64,000 nt of DNA from Macrostomum lignano (lineage: Eukaryota): NCBI GenBank assembly GCA_002269645.1, contig NIVC01000773.1, positions 248,001 to 312,000 of the forward strand, written 5' to 3'. The first letter of the stretch is position 1. Every line of letters begins with the position of its first letter. Below, one piece after another: positions 25,076 through 37,568 of this stretch. Made by a program: the position numbers and the translations under genes. Under the pieces are notes generated by a model. It did not search any database. It worked only from the letters and a program-made list of their open reading frames with translations, and was not told the DNA's origin.

Positions 25076-27958
25076 TCAAAGCATAGCGACTGCTTCTTGA
25101 CCATCGCGGCCTCGCGAATCCACGGCGACCTCAGTTTTACCCTCGCCGCCGATGTCATCAGCCTCGCGGCGGCAGCAGGGAGCAGTTTGACGCAGCTTCA
25201 ACCGAACAGCCAGCAGCCACAGCAGTTCGGCAACTTCGGCCACGCAGACCACGGTGATTCCGCTGAACAGGGCGAGCAGCCCGCCAATCTGGCTGATGAA
25301 CGCCGACAATCCCAGTATCAAATTCTCCGATTGGACCTTGGCTTGATCTGGGCCGAACTGCAGAATCACGGTCATAAAGTTGTCCTCCAGGTAGGTGGTG
25401 CTTCGCAACAATTCCGTGGCTTCATCTTTGCGTCCAGCTTCGCGCAGTTGAATAGCCCGACTGTAGACTGACAACCGGTCTTCCATGTGGCCGTACAGAC
25501 TGGTGTTCCAGATGTAGCGCTCAAATACGTCCAGCACCTGAACAGAGGGGTTGTTATTTTATTAGAGCCGCACTGTAAGCCACATTGTCACACATTACTG
25601 CGCGCGGATTACAGGCACACACTCACACAGGAGTGTACAGCGGCCCTAACTTTATTTATCGTTAGGCATGTACACTTCCCTGTGCCTTGGGGGCTGGCCC
25701 TCAAGGGCGTTAATTGCACAAGCAGAGCCAAGCCGGGATTCCAATTTTAGGCCAAAATTATGCGACTGCACTTGGAATCGAGCCTGGGCCGCTGGCACAT
25801 CAGAGCACCGCGCCAGACCACTGGGCTACGAATCCCCTCTAAGTAAGATGATAATATGTCTAAAATATTTATATTCTGTTCCTTCTGATCTGCCAGTCCT
25901 GTACACAGTCTCACTCAGTTCTCATGTCCTCATAGCTCGGGAGGCCTCAGCAGTCTCCACACTCGATAAGGCTGTGATTGGCTGTTCCTAACGGCAGCAA
26001 AGTACGCACGCTCCACCCCTCTGTGCTTTTCATCCCAACCAGGTTTATTGCTAGGTTTATTGCAAATTTCTCATTTCCTCACCGATAATAATAATAATAA
26101 TAATTGATTACACCTGCCCCAATTGGGCCAGATGTGCAACCGACAGCTCAGCCGCAGCTATTGCGCGGCGCATCTGAAGGCTGCGTACGGCTGTTCAGTC
26201 CAAGGACTGGGTGGTCGCCACACACCCTCAATTACCCCAGCTATGCTGGCACCCATTTTACAGCTGGGTGAACTGAAGCAATGCAGAGTTAAGTGTCTTT
26301 CTCAAGGACACAAATTGTCCCAGTGGGATCGGGAATCGAACCCCCGACCTTCATGTCGTGAGTCCGACGCTCTCATCACTAGGCTACGCTACAGCTTCCT
26401 CACCGAGTTCTTGTCGATACCCTTGGACTGGCTGCGGGCAACGCTGAACTGCACTTGCTGGCAGGGCTTCGGACAGTTCCGGGAGCTCTCCAGATCCTTG
26501 AAGCGCTCCCGGTGCTCTGGAGGTACCGGCAATCGGCCATCGACCTGTAGATTTTTGCATTTGAAAAACTGATAATGACCCATGGAGAAACTATGAAGGG
26601 TGGCAGCTTTCCAAACCATAGCAGTCAGCTCACCTGCAGCACACAGTCCACCCTGTCCAGGTGGTGCAGCCCCACATCAGCCACATCGTAGTAGCGCTGC
26701 CTGTCAGCCAGTGGCTTCTGTCGGTGACAGACGGGCAGCGCGGACTCAAATCCGTGAGTCTCATCGTCCTCAATAGCGTGGGGCATAGAGTCCACAGAGC
26801 AGTTGCACAGCTCCTGGTACTTGTCGTGCCGGTGCAGCATCTCGCACAGGCTCTGAGAATACTTTGTGGACAAGCTCAAGCCCGAATACTGGAACTCGAT
26901 ATCCTCGGGCGTGGACTCCGAGCAGGACCGGCGCTGCATGCTGCGTGTGGCCTTCACCAGCACGAAGTTCTGCGTGCCTGGCATGACGCGCAGTCCGTTG
27001 TCGATGCTCACCGGGTAGGAGTCGCGCTCGTGCAGGAACAGGATGGCCCCGGTGTTGAGGGTCTCCGGGTCGTCCGGGATGCACTTGCTACACTCCAAAC
27101 TGTCCGTCTCCGAGTCCAGCACCAGGTGGAAGGTGACCCGCTCGGCGCTCTCCGCCACCGTGATTGTTGAGCAGGAGAAATAGCCGGGCACCTGAATAAA
27201 GTTGATCGTTATAATCGATTGATTGCTAGGAAAACTATGAAAGGAACCAGAAAGTCTACGGATTTCATATTTGATTAAAAACACTGAAGTTCTGACTATG
27301 CTGTGATGTTTGTGACTCGAGACGAGGCCTCTTGGAAGTGAGCTGTGTCCATTTTTTCAGTCTAGACAAGCAATCAAGCCGGTACTAAATAATAAAAATA
27401 CCTGCAGCTTTTCGACCCGCTGGCAAGCCTGGTTGATCAGCACTCCATTCTGATGCAGGTGCACGCTGCAGCTCTCGGACAGCACCAGCGGATCTTCGTG
27501 AAGCGCTGCCTGAAATTCGGTCAGCCGCAGGTGGTCGTGATAGGCTACAGGCGACAGCAACTTGGACAGAGCGGCCGCCTGCACCCGAGACTGGGTGGCG
27601 GCCGCCAGCTCCTTGACGTGTCGGCTGTAGGCACGGGGCGTCAGGTTGAACCTGCGCATGCCCGAGTAAGTCATGGGGCTCGCGTCGCAGATGGTGATGT
27701 TGGGAAATGCCGGCCTCGGCGTCCACGGCTCGAATGCCAGAATGACGTCGCCGCGGATGTACACAAAGGTCAGCTTTACCACGTTGTACAGCAGCAGGAG
27801 GAAGAAGGCCAGCACGGCAACAAACCAGAGGGTGCGCAGGCCAGCGGACTTGGCGGACAGGATCCGAGGCAGGCCGCGGACAGACGTTCGCTTCAAACAG
27901 TCGAGACACAGCGACCGGACTTCGGACTTTTCCTGCGGAGGTTTGGAGGCGACCACCC

Positions 27959-28020
<62 letters not shown>

Positions 28021-28025
28021 ATCAT
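25076..28025 (-). CDS. DEG/ENaC (amiloride-sensitive sodium channel family) protein, ~594 aa
   Basis: Exons 27402-28025, 26634-27191, 26404-26544 and 25076-25537, all phase 0 with GT-AG junctions. TM1 (LWFVAVLAFFLLLLY), FPNITIC, Cys-rich thumb (CNC, CPKPC) and TM2 (SQIGGLLALFSGIT) are present. N-terminal Q19. Confidence 0.88.
26086..26395 (-). mobile_element. tRNA-derived CORE-like SINE, copy 3, in DEG/ENaC intron 3
   Basis: Full head, core and (ATT)n tail. 11-bp TSD TTCCTCACCGA at 26075-26085 and 26396-26406. Confidence 0.9.
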
Positions 28026-28490
28026 GAGGGGTTAGCTAGCGGTGTGATGACGCAATTGCAAACTAAGCCAGGAGTTCTTCCGCTTCACAGATTTTAAATA
28101 AGGTTTTATACTCCGTTAAGATGTGTTTGATTGGCTGCTTGGATGCTGACCAATTGCAAGGCATTATTAAGGCCTCAAAGGAGAAGGCAAGGACTTCTAG
28201 GCTACGGAACTGGCAAGAAAGTAGTTAATTGTGCATTGAGATGCTTCAATGCATGGAACCACAATGTTTTGTTTTTTTTTCACGTAAGAAATGAAAAATA
28301 ACCGAAAAGCAAGAGATCGATCTCCAAAATATTAACCAGAGAACTGTTACTCTACAGACACTAACATTTAAGACCGTCTTGCTCAACTGTGGAACAGGAG
28401 TTTTAAAGTAAATGTTTTCATTTTTCATAACTCCCATCAGTTTCAAAGTGTAAACAAAAGATTGTAGATAACAATGTGTAGTTGGTGCTG

Positions 28491-29170
28491 GCGCCCTTGG
28501 TGCTGGCGCCCTTGGTGCTCGCGCCCTTAGTGCTGGCGCCCTTGGTGATGGCGCCTTTGGTGATGGCGCCCTTGGTGCTGGCGCCCTTAGTGCTGGCGCC
28601 CTTGGTGCTGGCGCCCTTGGTGCTGGCGCCTTTGGTGATGGCGCCCTTGGTGCTGGCGCCCTTGGTGCTGGCGCCCTTGGTGCTGGCGCCTTTGGTGATG
28701 GCGCCATTGGTGCTGGCGCCCTTGTTGGGTGATGGCGCCCTTGGTGCTGGCGCCTTTGGTGCTGGCGCCCTTGGTGCTGGCGCCCTTGGTGATGGCGCCC
28801 TTGGTGCTGGCGCCCTTGGTGATGGCGCCCTTGGTGCTGGCGCCCTTGGTGCTGGCGCCCTTGGTGCTGGCGCCTTTGGTGATGGCGCCCTTGGTGCTGG
28901 CGCCTGGTGCTAGCGCCTTTGGCGCCCTTGGTGCTGGCGCCCTTGGTGCTGGCGCCCTTGGTGCTGGCGCCTTTGGTGATGGCGCCCTTGGTGCTGGCGC
29001 CCTTGGTGCTGGCGCCCTTGGTGCTGGCGCCCTTGGTGCTGGCGCCCTTGGTGCTGGCGCCCTTGGTGCTGGCGCCCTTGGTGCTGGCGCCCTTGGTGCT
29101 GGCGCCTTTGGTGCTGGCGCCCTTGGTGCTGGCGCCCTTGTTGGGTACTGGCGCTCTTGGTGTTGGCGCC
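28491..29170. repeat. 15-bp GC-rich minisatellite (TTGGTGCTGGCGCCC)n
   Basis: About 45 copies, located upstream of the DEG/ENaC start. Confidence 0.95.
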
Positions 29171-29980
29171 GCCGCTCGTGCAATTAGCCAACCCCCCCAA
29201 GGCACAATGAAGTGTACATGCCTAATGTTAAATAAAGTTAGGGCCGCTGTACACCCCTGTGTGAGTTGTGCCTGTGCGTATGACTGCGTACGTATCCGCG
29301 CGCTTGTGTGCCTGCTCAGGGGAAGTCGGCGGAATGGGCAGCAATGCCTCTTGCCACCCTGATTATTTTACATTAATGTACTTGATCTGCATAGTAGACG
29401 TAGACAGAAAATACATGTCTGTTAGATACAATGAAACTCAATTATCCTTAACGAGTTAGACGTCTTAGAGGACAAACAGTGCTGGTAATCAAGATTATAT
29501 TCTAGTACATGTATTTGTGCGGCCCATTGCTGAGATGCACTCAGGTTCAGTAATTCTCGCTCACTAATTGGTCATGAACCGTTTGTAATTTAATTTACTG
29601 TCTGGTGAAGGGCGAGCTCACCAGTTCAGCTTGTAAACGGATAAAGGCTTCCAGCGCAGGAGTCTTGAAGACGTTTTACGTTTCACTCATTTGATGGACA
29701 AATACCGCAGGATGTGATAGTGAGGTACGAGTATTGATAAGGCGGCTGAGCTGATCTGGGAGGGCGGCTGTAGTGGCCCAATGCAGCAAGTGAGGATCAA
29801 TAGACAACTGAAGTAGGAGGAAGCTAAACTCGATTTTCTTAGAACTGTGCTCGAGGGGAAATTTTATATTTGTCTTATCGCCAGTGCATTGGGTATATGC
29901 TCTCGAGAACGCATGGGCTGAATGGGGGGTTGTCATAGACGAATGCGGTTAAGAAACATCCGCGCTAGAAACAGCTCGTA

Positions 29981-30826
29981 CCCAGCAACTGGGGATCTGG
30001 GAGGCTGGCCCAGCAACTGGGGATCTGGGAGGCTGGCCCAGCAACTGAGGATCTGGGAGGCTGGCCCAGCAACTGGGGATCTGGGAGGCTGGCCCAGCAA
30101 CTGGGGATCTGGGAGGCTGGCCCAGCAACTGGGGATCTGGGAGGCTGGCCCAGCAACTGGGGATCTGGGAGGCTGGCCCAGCAACTGGGGATCTGGGAGG
30201 CTGGCCCAGCAACTGGGGATCTGGGTGGCTGGCATTGGTGGCCCAGCAACTGGGGATCTGGGTGGCTGGCATTGGTGGCCCAGCAACTGGGGATATGGGA
30301 GGCTGGCATTGGTGGCCCAGCAACTGGGGATATGGGAGGCTGGCATTGGTGGCCCAGCAACTGGGGAACTGGGAGGCTGGCATTGGTGGCCCAGTAACTG
30401 GGGATCTGGGAGGCTGGCATTGGTAGCCCAGCAACTGAGGATCTGGCAGGCTGGCATTGGTAGCCCAGCAACTGGGGATCTGGGAGGCTGGCATTGGTAG
30501 CCCAGCAACTGAGGATCTGGGAGGCTGGCCCAGCAACTGGGGATCTGGGAGGCTGGCCCAGCAACTGTGGACCTGGGAGGCTGGCATTGGTAGCCCAGCA
30601 ACTGAGGATCTGGGAGGCTGGCATTGGTAGCCCAGCAACTGAGGATCTGGGAGGCTGGCATTGGTAGCCCAGCAACTGAGGATCTGGGAGGCTGGCCCAG
30701 CAACTGGGGATCTGGGAGGCTGGCCCAGCAACTGTGGACCTGGGAGGCTGGCCCAGAAACTGAGGATCTGGGAGGCTGGCCCAGCAACTGTGGACCTGGG
30801 AGGCTGGCCCAACAACTAGGGATCTA
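29981..30826. repeat. 28-bp minisatellite (CCCAGCAACTGAGGATCTGGGAGGCTGG)n, array A
   Basis: Includes 37-bp variants with a CATTGGTGG insert. The same family occurs at 34.8 and 61 kb. Confidence 0.95.
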
Positions 30827-32459
30827 GGATGGCAGCGAAGGCCCAGTACATGTAGAGAATCACCAGTGACCTGATTACAGGTATTCAGTCTAGTGCCACA
30901 GAAGACTGCAGTTTCCATAAAAACTGTTTGCATGGGTGCAGTTCGTACTACTTAGTAGATGCAAAAGCAGTAGCACGATCGGGTTTGAATCCGCGCCTAT
31001 CACAACCGAGTGTATGGAAGTTGCATATCACTCAGTAGTATAAAGGAGACTTTTTGTTACTAAAAATGACAAATACTTATTGGACTACTGACACACTCAA
31101 TTTTACACAGCTCAACTTGTTAGTACAGCAAATTTAGCCCTGCATATCAACTTTGTGTATTTGTGTATATATAGATTTACTATAATTTATATAATAGATG
31201 TTAGATCTAGTTCGCTAAGCCTAAGTAGTACAGATCCACAACGAACAACAAACAGACCGACACTTATCAAGTAGTATGCGTTGCGTGTGTGACGATGAAT
31301 AACAAAAAAGGAGCAGGAAAGGTTTTTTAGAATTTCTTTATTATTTAATTAAAATAGGACACACAGACATTTCAAAAAACTGGTTTGTTTGCTTTTAGCG
31401 CGAAAAATCAACTGTTCTAAAAACACTCGCTCGTTTAGATTAGTTTCAACTTTTATCGCTTTCTAAGATCGATAGAAAAACACGCACACACGGGAGCCTA
31501 TAGTGAAATCATATGGACAGCATGTACTTTCTAGGGGGTTAGTATGTACACTAATCTGCCGAGAGAATGGAGCGAGAGAACACGGGCATGAAGGAGCGCA
31601 GGCAAAAGAAGTCTCTAAATTGAACCTGAAATTGCATATCTATGTAGAATTAGAATACAAACAATAATTAAACGCTCACACTTAACTACTGACGCTAAGT
31701 AGTAAGCACTAATTAGTTGGGCCTATGGCTAGCGCAGAGGACTAAAAAACACGCAGAAAAAGTGATTTATATAAAGAGAAGTGAGCAACGCATGTTATAG
31801 TGAATAGAGTTACACAGATAATATTAGTTATAACTGAACTGGTGCTCTCATTATTACCTTGATTATTTGCGCGTCTCCAGAGGACGAGGATTTTGTTTAA
31901 ACAAAAATAATAACACAAAACACGGCAATTAACCAATTAGTAAGAGTAATAAAAATGAATCAATTAAGTAGTCAATATTTTAGTGCGTAGAACAACTTTT
32001 AAAAATCTTCTGCCAGCCAGCGAGCAAAGAAGCAAATTATTATCATAATACAAGAGGGAGGCCCGAGCTATGTTCTTGTTGCCAGGGGGGGGGGTTATAA
32101 CTAATATATGCGCCAGGTGCCTTACTGATTACCATATTAGCAATAAAACTATATTTATCAATAGTATTCTTATTAATGCCACGCACAGGTACACAGTGTG
32201 TAAGAAAGAAAAAATAAAGCAAAAATTTTTATGACGATTTCCACCGCAAATATTTACGATTAAAAGCCGGCTTCTAGTTGAAAACGCGGTTGGATTAACA
32301 CAGACGAGTGGGCCAACTTAATAATTTGCCCAAAAAATAAACATAAAGCGGGAACAACATAGATACACTTAGAAACATATAAGCAAACAGGGGGTTAACG
32401 GAAACAAGAAAGTAAATCTCAGAGAGCAAACAGATCTTAAGGGGTTGGGGAAGGGAAAA

Positions 32460-32905
32460 CCCACCAGAGGGAGGCACCGGCGCTAGTCTTATATACTAAA
32501 ATGGACAGTGAAGCACTGGCTGAACAGGAGCAGTGAGACCCACCCTAGAAGGGGGGCACCAGCGCTAGTCTTATATATTAAAATGGACAGTGAAGCACTG
32601 GCTGAACGGGAGCTGTGAAACCCACCCAAGAGGGGGGCACCCGCGCTAGTCTTCTCTATTAAAATGGACAGTGAAGCACTGGCTGAACAGGAGCAGTGAA
32701 ACCCACCCCAGAGGGGGGCACCGGCGCTAGTCTTCTATATTAAAATGGACAGTGAAGCACTGGCTGAACGGGAGCAGTGAAACCCAACCCCAGAGGGGGG
32801 CACCGGCGCTAGTCTTCTATACTAAAATGGACAGTAAAGCACTGGCTGAACGGGAGCAGTGAAACCCACCCAAGAGGGGGGCACCGGCGCTAGTCTTCTA
32901 TACTA
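32460..32905. repeat. ~82-bp tandem repeat, 5-6 copies
   Basis: CGCTAGTCTT...AAAATGGACAGTGAAGCACTGGCTGAAC recurs every 81-82 bp, downstream of the GSK-3 stop. Confidence 0.92.
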
Positions 32906-33406
32906 ACGAATGGAGTGTAAACCGGTCTCCGGCCCATACTGGAATAACAGTAAAAAGTGCAAAAAATCAATGGGGAACCGCCTAATGGGACTTTTATATT
33001 TTCTGGAGGAGCTAAACATTAGGAGGGGCGCAGGGTCAGTGCTGTAAGCAACACATCAATCAGCGAAAATTAATTGAACATATAATAGTAATAGTAGTCG
33101 AATCAATGCGTACAATAGATGCGTACAATATGTATATTATATTTAATTTTCAAGACAGACAGATGAATACGAAACAGGCTAAACGTTTTGGGAGGAAAGG
33201 GAGGGGCAGGCAGCAGAGCTGAGTCAGTCAGTTGGGGCATAAAAACTGAAACTGGATTAACAAAAAAACTTTGCACAATTTCATAAGGTCCACAATCGAT
33301 TTTTAGTGTTTTCCCAGAGTTCCTCTCCTGTCTTATACTATTGAATCGAACTTCCAAAAGTTGTATTGAGGACGTTTAAGGTTGCCGAAATCGATTTATC
33401 TCAACC

Positions 33407-36400
33407 TTAAAGTCCACCGCCGCCGCCTGAGGCCTCCGACTGACCGGCGGTTTCAGACGATTTTGCCGCGGCGGCGCCCTCGCTGCCACCGGTGCTCGAG
33501 GCGGCAGCGGCAGCAGCGGCGGCCATGTTCATGGCGTGCGGCGGAATCAGCGTACTGTTCAGCTCCGGCTTGATGGCCAGCTCTGTGAATGGAGAGGTGC
33601 GGATGGAGCGGATTGAAGGGGCGCTGATGGATGAGGTCGATTGAGGGGCGGATGGGAGCGGCTGATGGGAGTGGCTGATTGAGTAGGGGGCGGGTGGGAG
33701 TGGCTGATTGAGTAGGGGGCGGATGGGAGTGGCTGATTGAGTAGGGGGCGGATGGGAGTGGCTGATTGAGTAGGGGGCGGATGGGAGTGGCTGATTGAGT
33801 AGGGGGCGGATGGGAGTGGCTGATTGAGTAGGGGGCGGATGGGAGTGGCTGATTAAGATGCTAATGGCAGATAGAAGCGGATTGGAGCGGATGAGAATGG
33901 CAGATGGGGCGGATTGGAGCGGAAGAGAATGGCAGATGTGGCGGATTGGAGCGGATGAGAATGGCAGATGGGGGGGCGGATTGGAGCGGCCGATGGACGA
34001 GTAGACAAACATCGAGCAGGCGAAGGAGCGATCCGCTTGCCAGATAGATGTCAGCTCAGCAAAACATTTGAGCACACTATAAATATGCACTCAGCTCACC
34101 AGCAGGTGTAAAATTGAACAGCGGAGGCAGCGGCTTGTTGCCAGGCAGCCTGGTGCCCTCGAGGCGCAGCTCGTCGAAGAACGGATGGCAGCAGGCCTCC
34201 AGCGGGCTGATGCGCAGCTGCGGAGTGTACTCAAGCAGCCGGCTGACCAGGTTGATGGCCTCTGGCGGAGTGCGGGGCCGGAAAACCTTGGCCCACGGGT
34301 GGCTGCGGGATTGTGGGAGCAGCGATTTAGAGAGTTCTCACACCGAGTGAAATTTCAATTGTCACGCCGAGTGAAATTTTAATTGTCACACCGAGTGAAG
34401 AGTGAAAAGTCTTTCTTAAAAAAGCCAAAAAACACACTTGATCCAAAGAGGTCTCTCACCCCTTGATTTGCGGAAACTTGAAATCCGTATAGTTGGGATT
34501 CATCTCGCTGATCTGCTCCCTGGTCGGGGTGCCCAGCACCTTGATGATCTCCACCAGCTGGTCGACTCCGGTCTCTCCTGGATAGATCGGCTTGCCCAGC
34601 AGCAGCTCGGCCAGCACGCAGCCCGCAGACCAGACATCTGAGTGGGTTGGGGCGGCAGCGGCAGGCTTAGTTCAGTTCAGTGTGTAACTAACGGTGAGCG
34701 CTGAGAACTTGTGAGATTCGATTAGGGTAGTTTGAAAGGGACAGCCCGAATCTGAGCAACTGGAAGGCTGGTATTGGCGGCACAGCAACGAGGATCTGGA
34801 AGGCTGGCCCAGCAACTGAGGATCTGGAAGTGACCCAGCAACTGAGAGGCTGGCCCAGCAGCTGAGGATCTGGGAGGCTGGCCCAGCAACTGAGGATTTG
34901 GGAGGCTGGCCCAGCAACTGAGGATCTGGGAGGCTGGCCCAGCAACTGAGGATCTGGGAGGCTGGCCCAGCAGCTGAAGATCTGGGAGGCTGGCCCAGCA
35001 ACTGAGAGGCTGGCCCAGCAACTGAGAGGCTGGCCCAGCAGCTGAGGATCTGGGAGGCTGGCCCAGCAACTGAGAGGCTGGCCCAGCAGCTGAGGATCTG
35101 GGAGGCTGGCCCAGCAACTGAGGATCTGGGAGGCTGGCCCAGCAACTGAGGATTTGGGAGGCTGGCCCAGAAACTGAGGATCTGGGAGGCTGGCCAAGAA
35201 ACTGAGGATCTGAATAGGGTGGAAAATAAACTGAGGATCTGGGAGGCTGGCCCAGCAACTGAGGATCTGGGAGGCTGGCCAAGAAACTGAGGATCTGGGA
35301 GGCTGGCCAAGAAACTGAGGATCTCTCTGAGGCGGCCCAGCAAACTGAAGACTCACCAATCTGGCAGGTGTAGTTGGTGGCCCCGAAGATGAGCTCGGGG
35401 GCCCGGTAGTAGCGGCTGCAGATGTAGGACACATTCGGCTCGCCCCGCTGCAGGTGCTTGGCGCTGCCGAAGTCGCAGAGCTTGAGCACACCAGACTCAG
35501 GGTCCAGCAGCAGATTCTGCGGCTTGATGTCGCGGTGGCAAATGCCTTTGCTGTGTATATAACTCAGCGAGCGGAACATTTGGTACATGTAGAGCTTGAT
35601 GAACAGCACAGGTATGGTCTGCATCTGCTTGCTGTAGTGCCGGCACACCCGGTACACGGTCTCCGGGATGAACTCCAGCACTAGGTTCAGGTACACTTCA
35701 TCCTTCTGCGATACGGATGTGGAAGGGTGCGAATTTATTGCTGCAATACGAAATACAACTCGTAATTTAGAGCTTTAAGCCTTCCGCTAGCTCAGACAAA
35801 CTGTCCTCTGAAGTTGAGTCGTCACAAACAGACGAACTGTTCATTACTGGAGTGAAAAATCGCCCAAGGTAGACATTTAAGCATGCACTTTCATAAGACC
35901 TCAACTTTATGAGACGTAAACGTCAAAGACCTAAACTTCACAAGATCCAAACTTCACAAGAAATAAACCTAAAAGACCTAAACTCCAAAGACCTAGACTT
36001 CAAAGACCTAGACTTCACAAGACCTAAATCTGAAAGACCTAGACTTCAAAAGACCTAAACTTCACAAAACCTAAACTTCACAAGACCTAAACTTCACAAG
36101 ACATAAGCTTCACAAGACCTAGACTTCACCAGACCTAGACTTTACAAGATCTAAACTTCACAAGACCTAGACTTCACAAGACTTAGACTTCACAAGACCT
36201 AAACTTCACAAGACATAAACTTCACAAGACCTAAACTTCACAAGACCTAGACTTCACAAGACCTAGACTTCACAAGACCTAGACTTCACAAGACCTAGAC
36301 TTCACAAGACTTAGACTTCACAAGACCTAAACTTCACAAGACCTAAACTTCACAAGACCTAGACTTCACAAGACCTAGACTTCACAAGACCTAGACTTCA

Positions 36401-37568
36401 CAAGACCTAAACTGAACTAAACTTTAAGCGACATGATGAAATTTAGGTTTTATGAACTCACCTAATAAAGTGGATTTATTCGATGCCAATAAATTAGAAA
36501 GCAACAATGGTATTTGAAAAAAATTGATAACCAATTCGAATCTGACTAATAGATCTGAGAGTAATGCTTAGAAGTGCATCTTTACTCCAAGGGTACTTCA
36601 ATTTGGGTAACTCGGTAACAAGATTGATAGCTTAATGTAGTAAGCGAAATGAGACAGCGACCTTTGACACACTTTGCTATACAGTAAATGAATGCTTGCA
36701 GGGTCTAAATTAGATGCAACTGTAGATAAGCCTGAGACAGAAATTCGGGCAGAATATATTAAAAGGGGGAAGGAAACGAGGGGCCAAGGCCAGTTGAGTT
36801 GCTCATACTTGATAAGTTTGAAAATTTTCATTCTAATACTCTAATGGAAAAAACTAGATATAACACGGGGGTTTCCTGTGCGCAAATCTCTTGCGCAGTT
36901 AATTTTTAACTTTATTGAAAACAGCGGAAGTCAACTACAATTGCAATAGATGGAATGCTAAAAAACTTTAAGATGGCAGGAGAAACAACTTATAGACAAC
37001 AAAGACTGCTAAATTTAAGACAGACTTTGTTCTTCTAGAAAACAAAGACTGCTAGACAAAGACACGGATTGCTGTTCTACAGAACAAAGACTGCTAGACA
37101 AAGACACGGATTGCTGTTCTACAGAACAAAGACTGCTAGAGAAAGACAGGGATTGCTGTTCTACAGAACAAAGACTGCTAGATAAAGACAGGGATTGCTG
37201 TTCTAGAGAACAAAGACTGCACAGATTCAAAACAGACATCCCGTACTGAAAACAAAGACTACAACCAACTGTCGAACTGAACGCAAAACTCACCTTCTCG
37301 CCGCTGGAATAGAAGAAGTACTTCAGCGTGACAATGTTTTGATGCTCAATCGATCGCATGATCTGCAGTTCGCGATTCTTGAACCGCTTGTCTTGCAACA
37401 CCTTCTTGATGGCCACCACCTCCTTCGGTTCGACCAGTTTGGCTTGGTACACGACACCGAAACTGCCGTTACCAATGATTTTCATATCGGTGAACGAGAT
37501 CTCCTGGGCTCGGTCACCTTGACCAGGCGTGGCGATCACCGTGTTCACCTTGGAGTCCTTTGCTGTGC
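33407..37568 (-). CDS. GSK3: Glycogen synthase kinase-3 (GSK-3/shaggy)
   Basis: Exons 37294-37568, 35357-35705, 34460-34637, 34100-34302 and 33407-33582, with matching phases (0,1,2,1). Motifs: [76 protein letters not shown]...LIPPHA. Confidence 0.96.
33600..33990. repeat. 29-30-bp minisatellites filling the last GSK-3 intron
   Basis: (GATTGAGTAGGGGGCGGATGGGAGTGGCT)n followed by GGCGGATTGGAGCGGATGAGAATGGCAGAT units. Confidence 0.9.
34782..35345. repeat. 28-bp minisatellite, array B, in a GSK-3 intron
   Basis: Same unit and orientation as 29981-30826. Confidence 0.95.
35915..36412. repeat. 16-bp minisatellite (AGACCTAGACTTCACA)n
   Basis: About 30 copies, in a GSK-3 intron. Confidence 0.93.
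37000..37262. repeat. 42-bp tandem repeat (AAAGACTGCTAGACAAAGACACGGATTGCTGTTCTACAGAAC)n
   Basis: About 5-6 copies next to the donor site at 37293. Confidence 0.85.
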
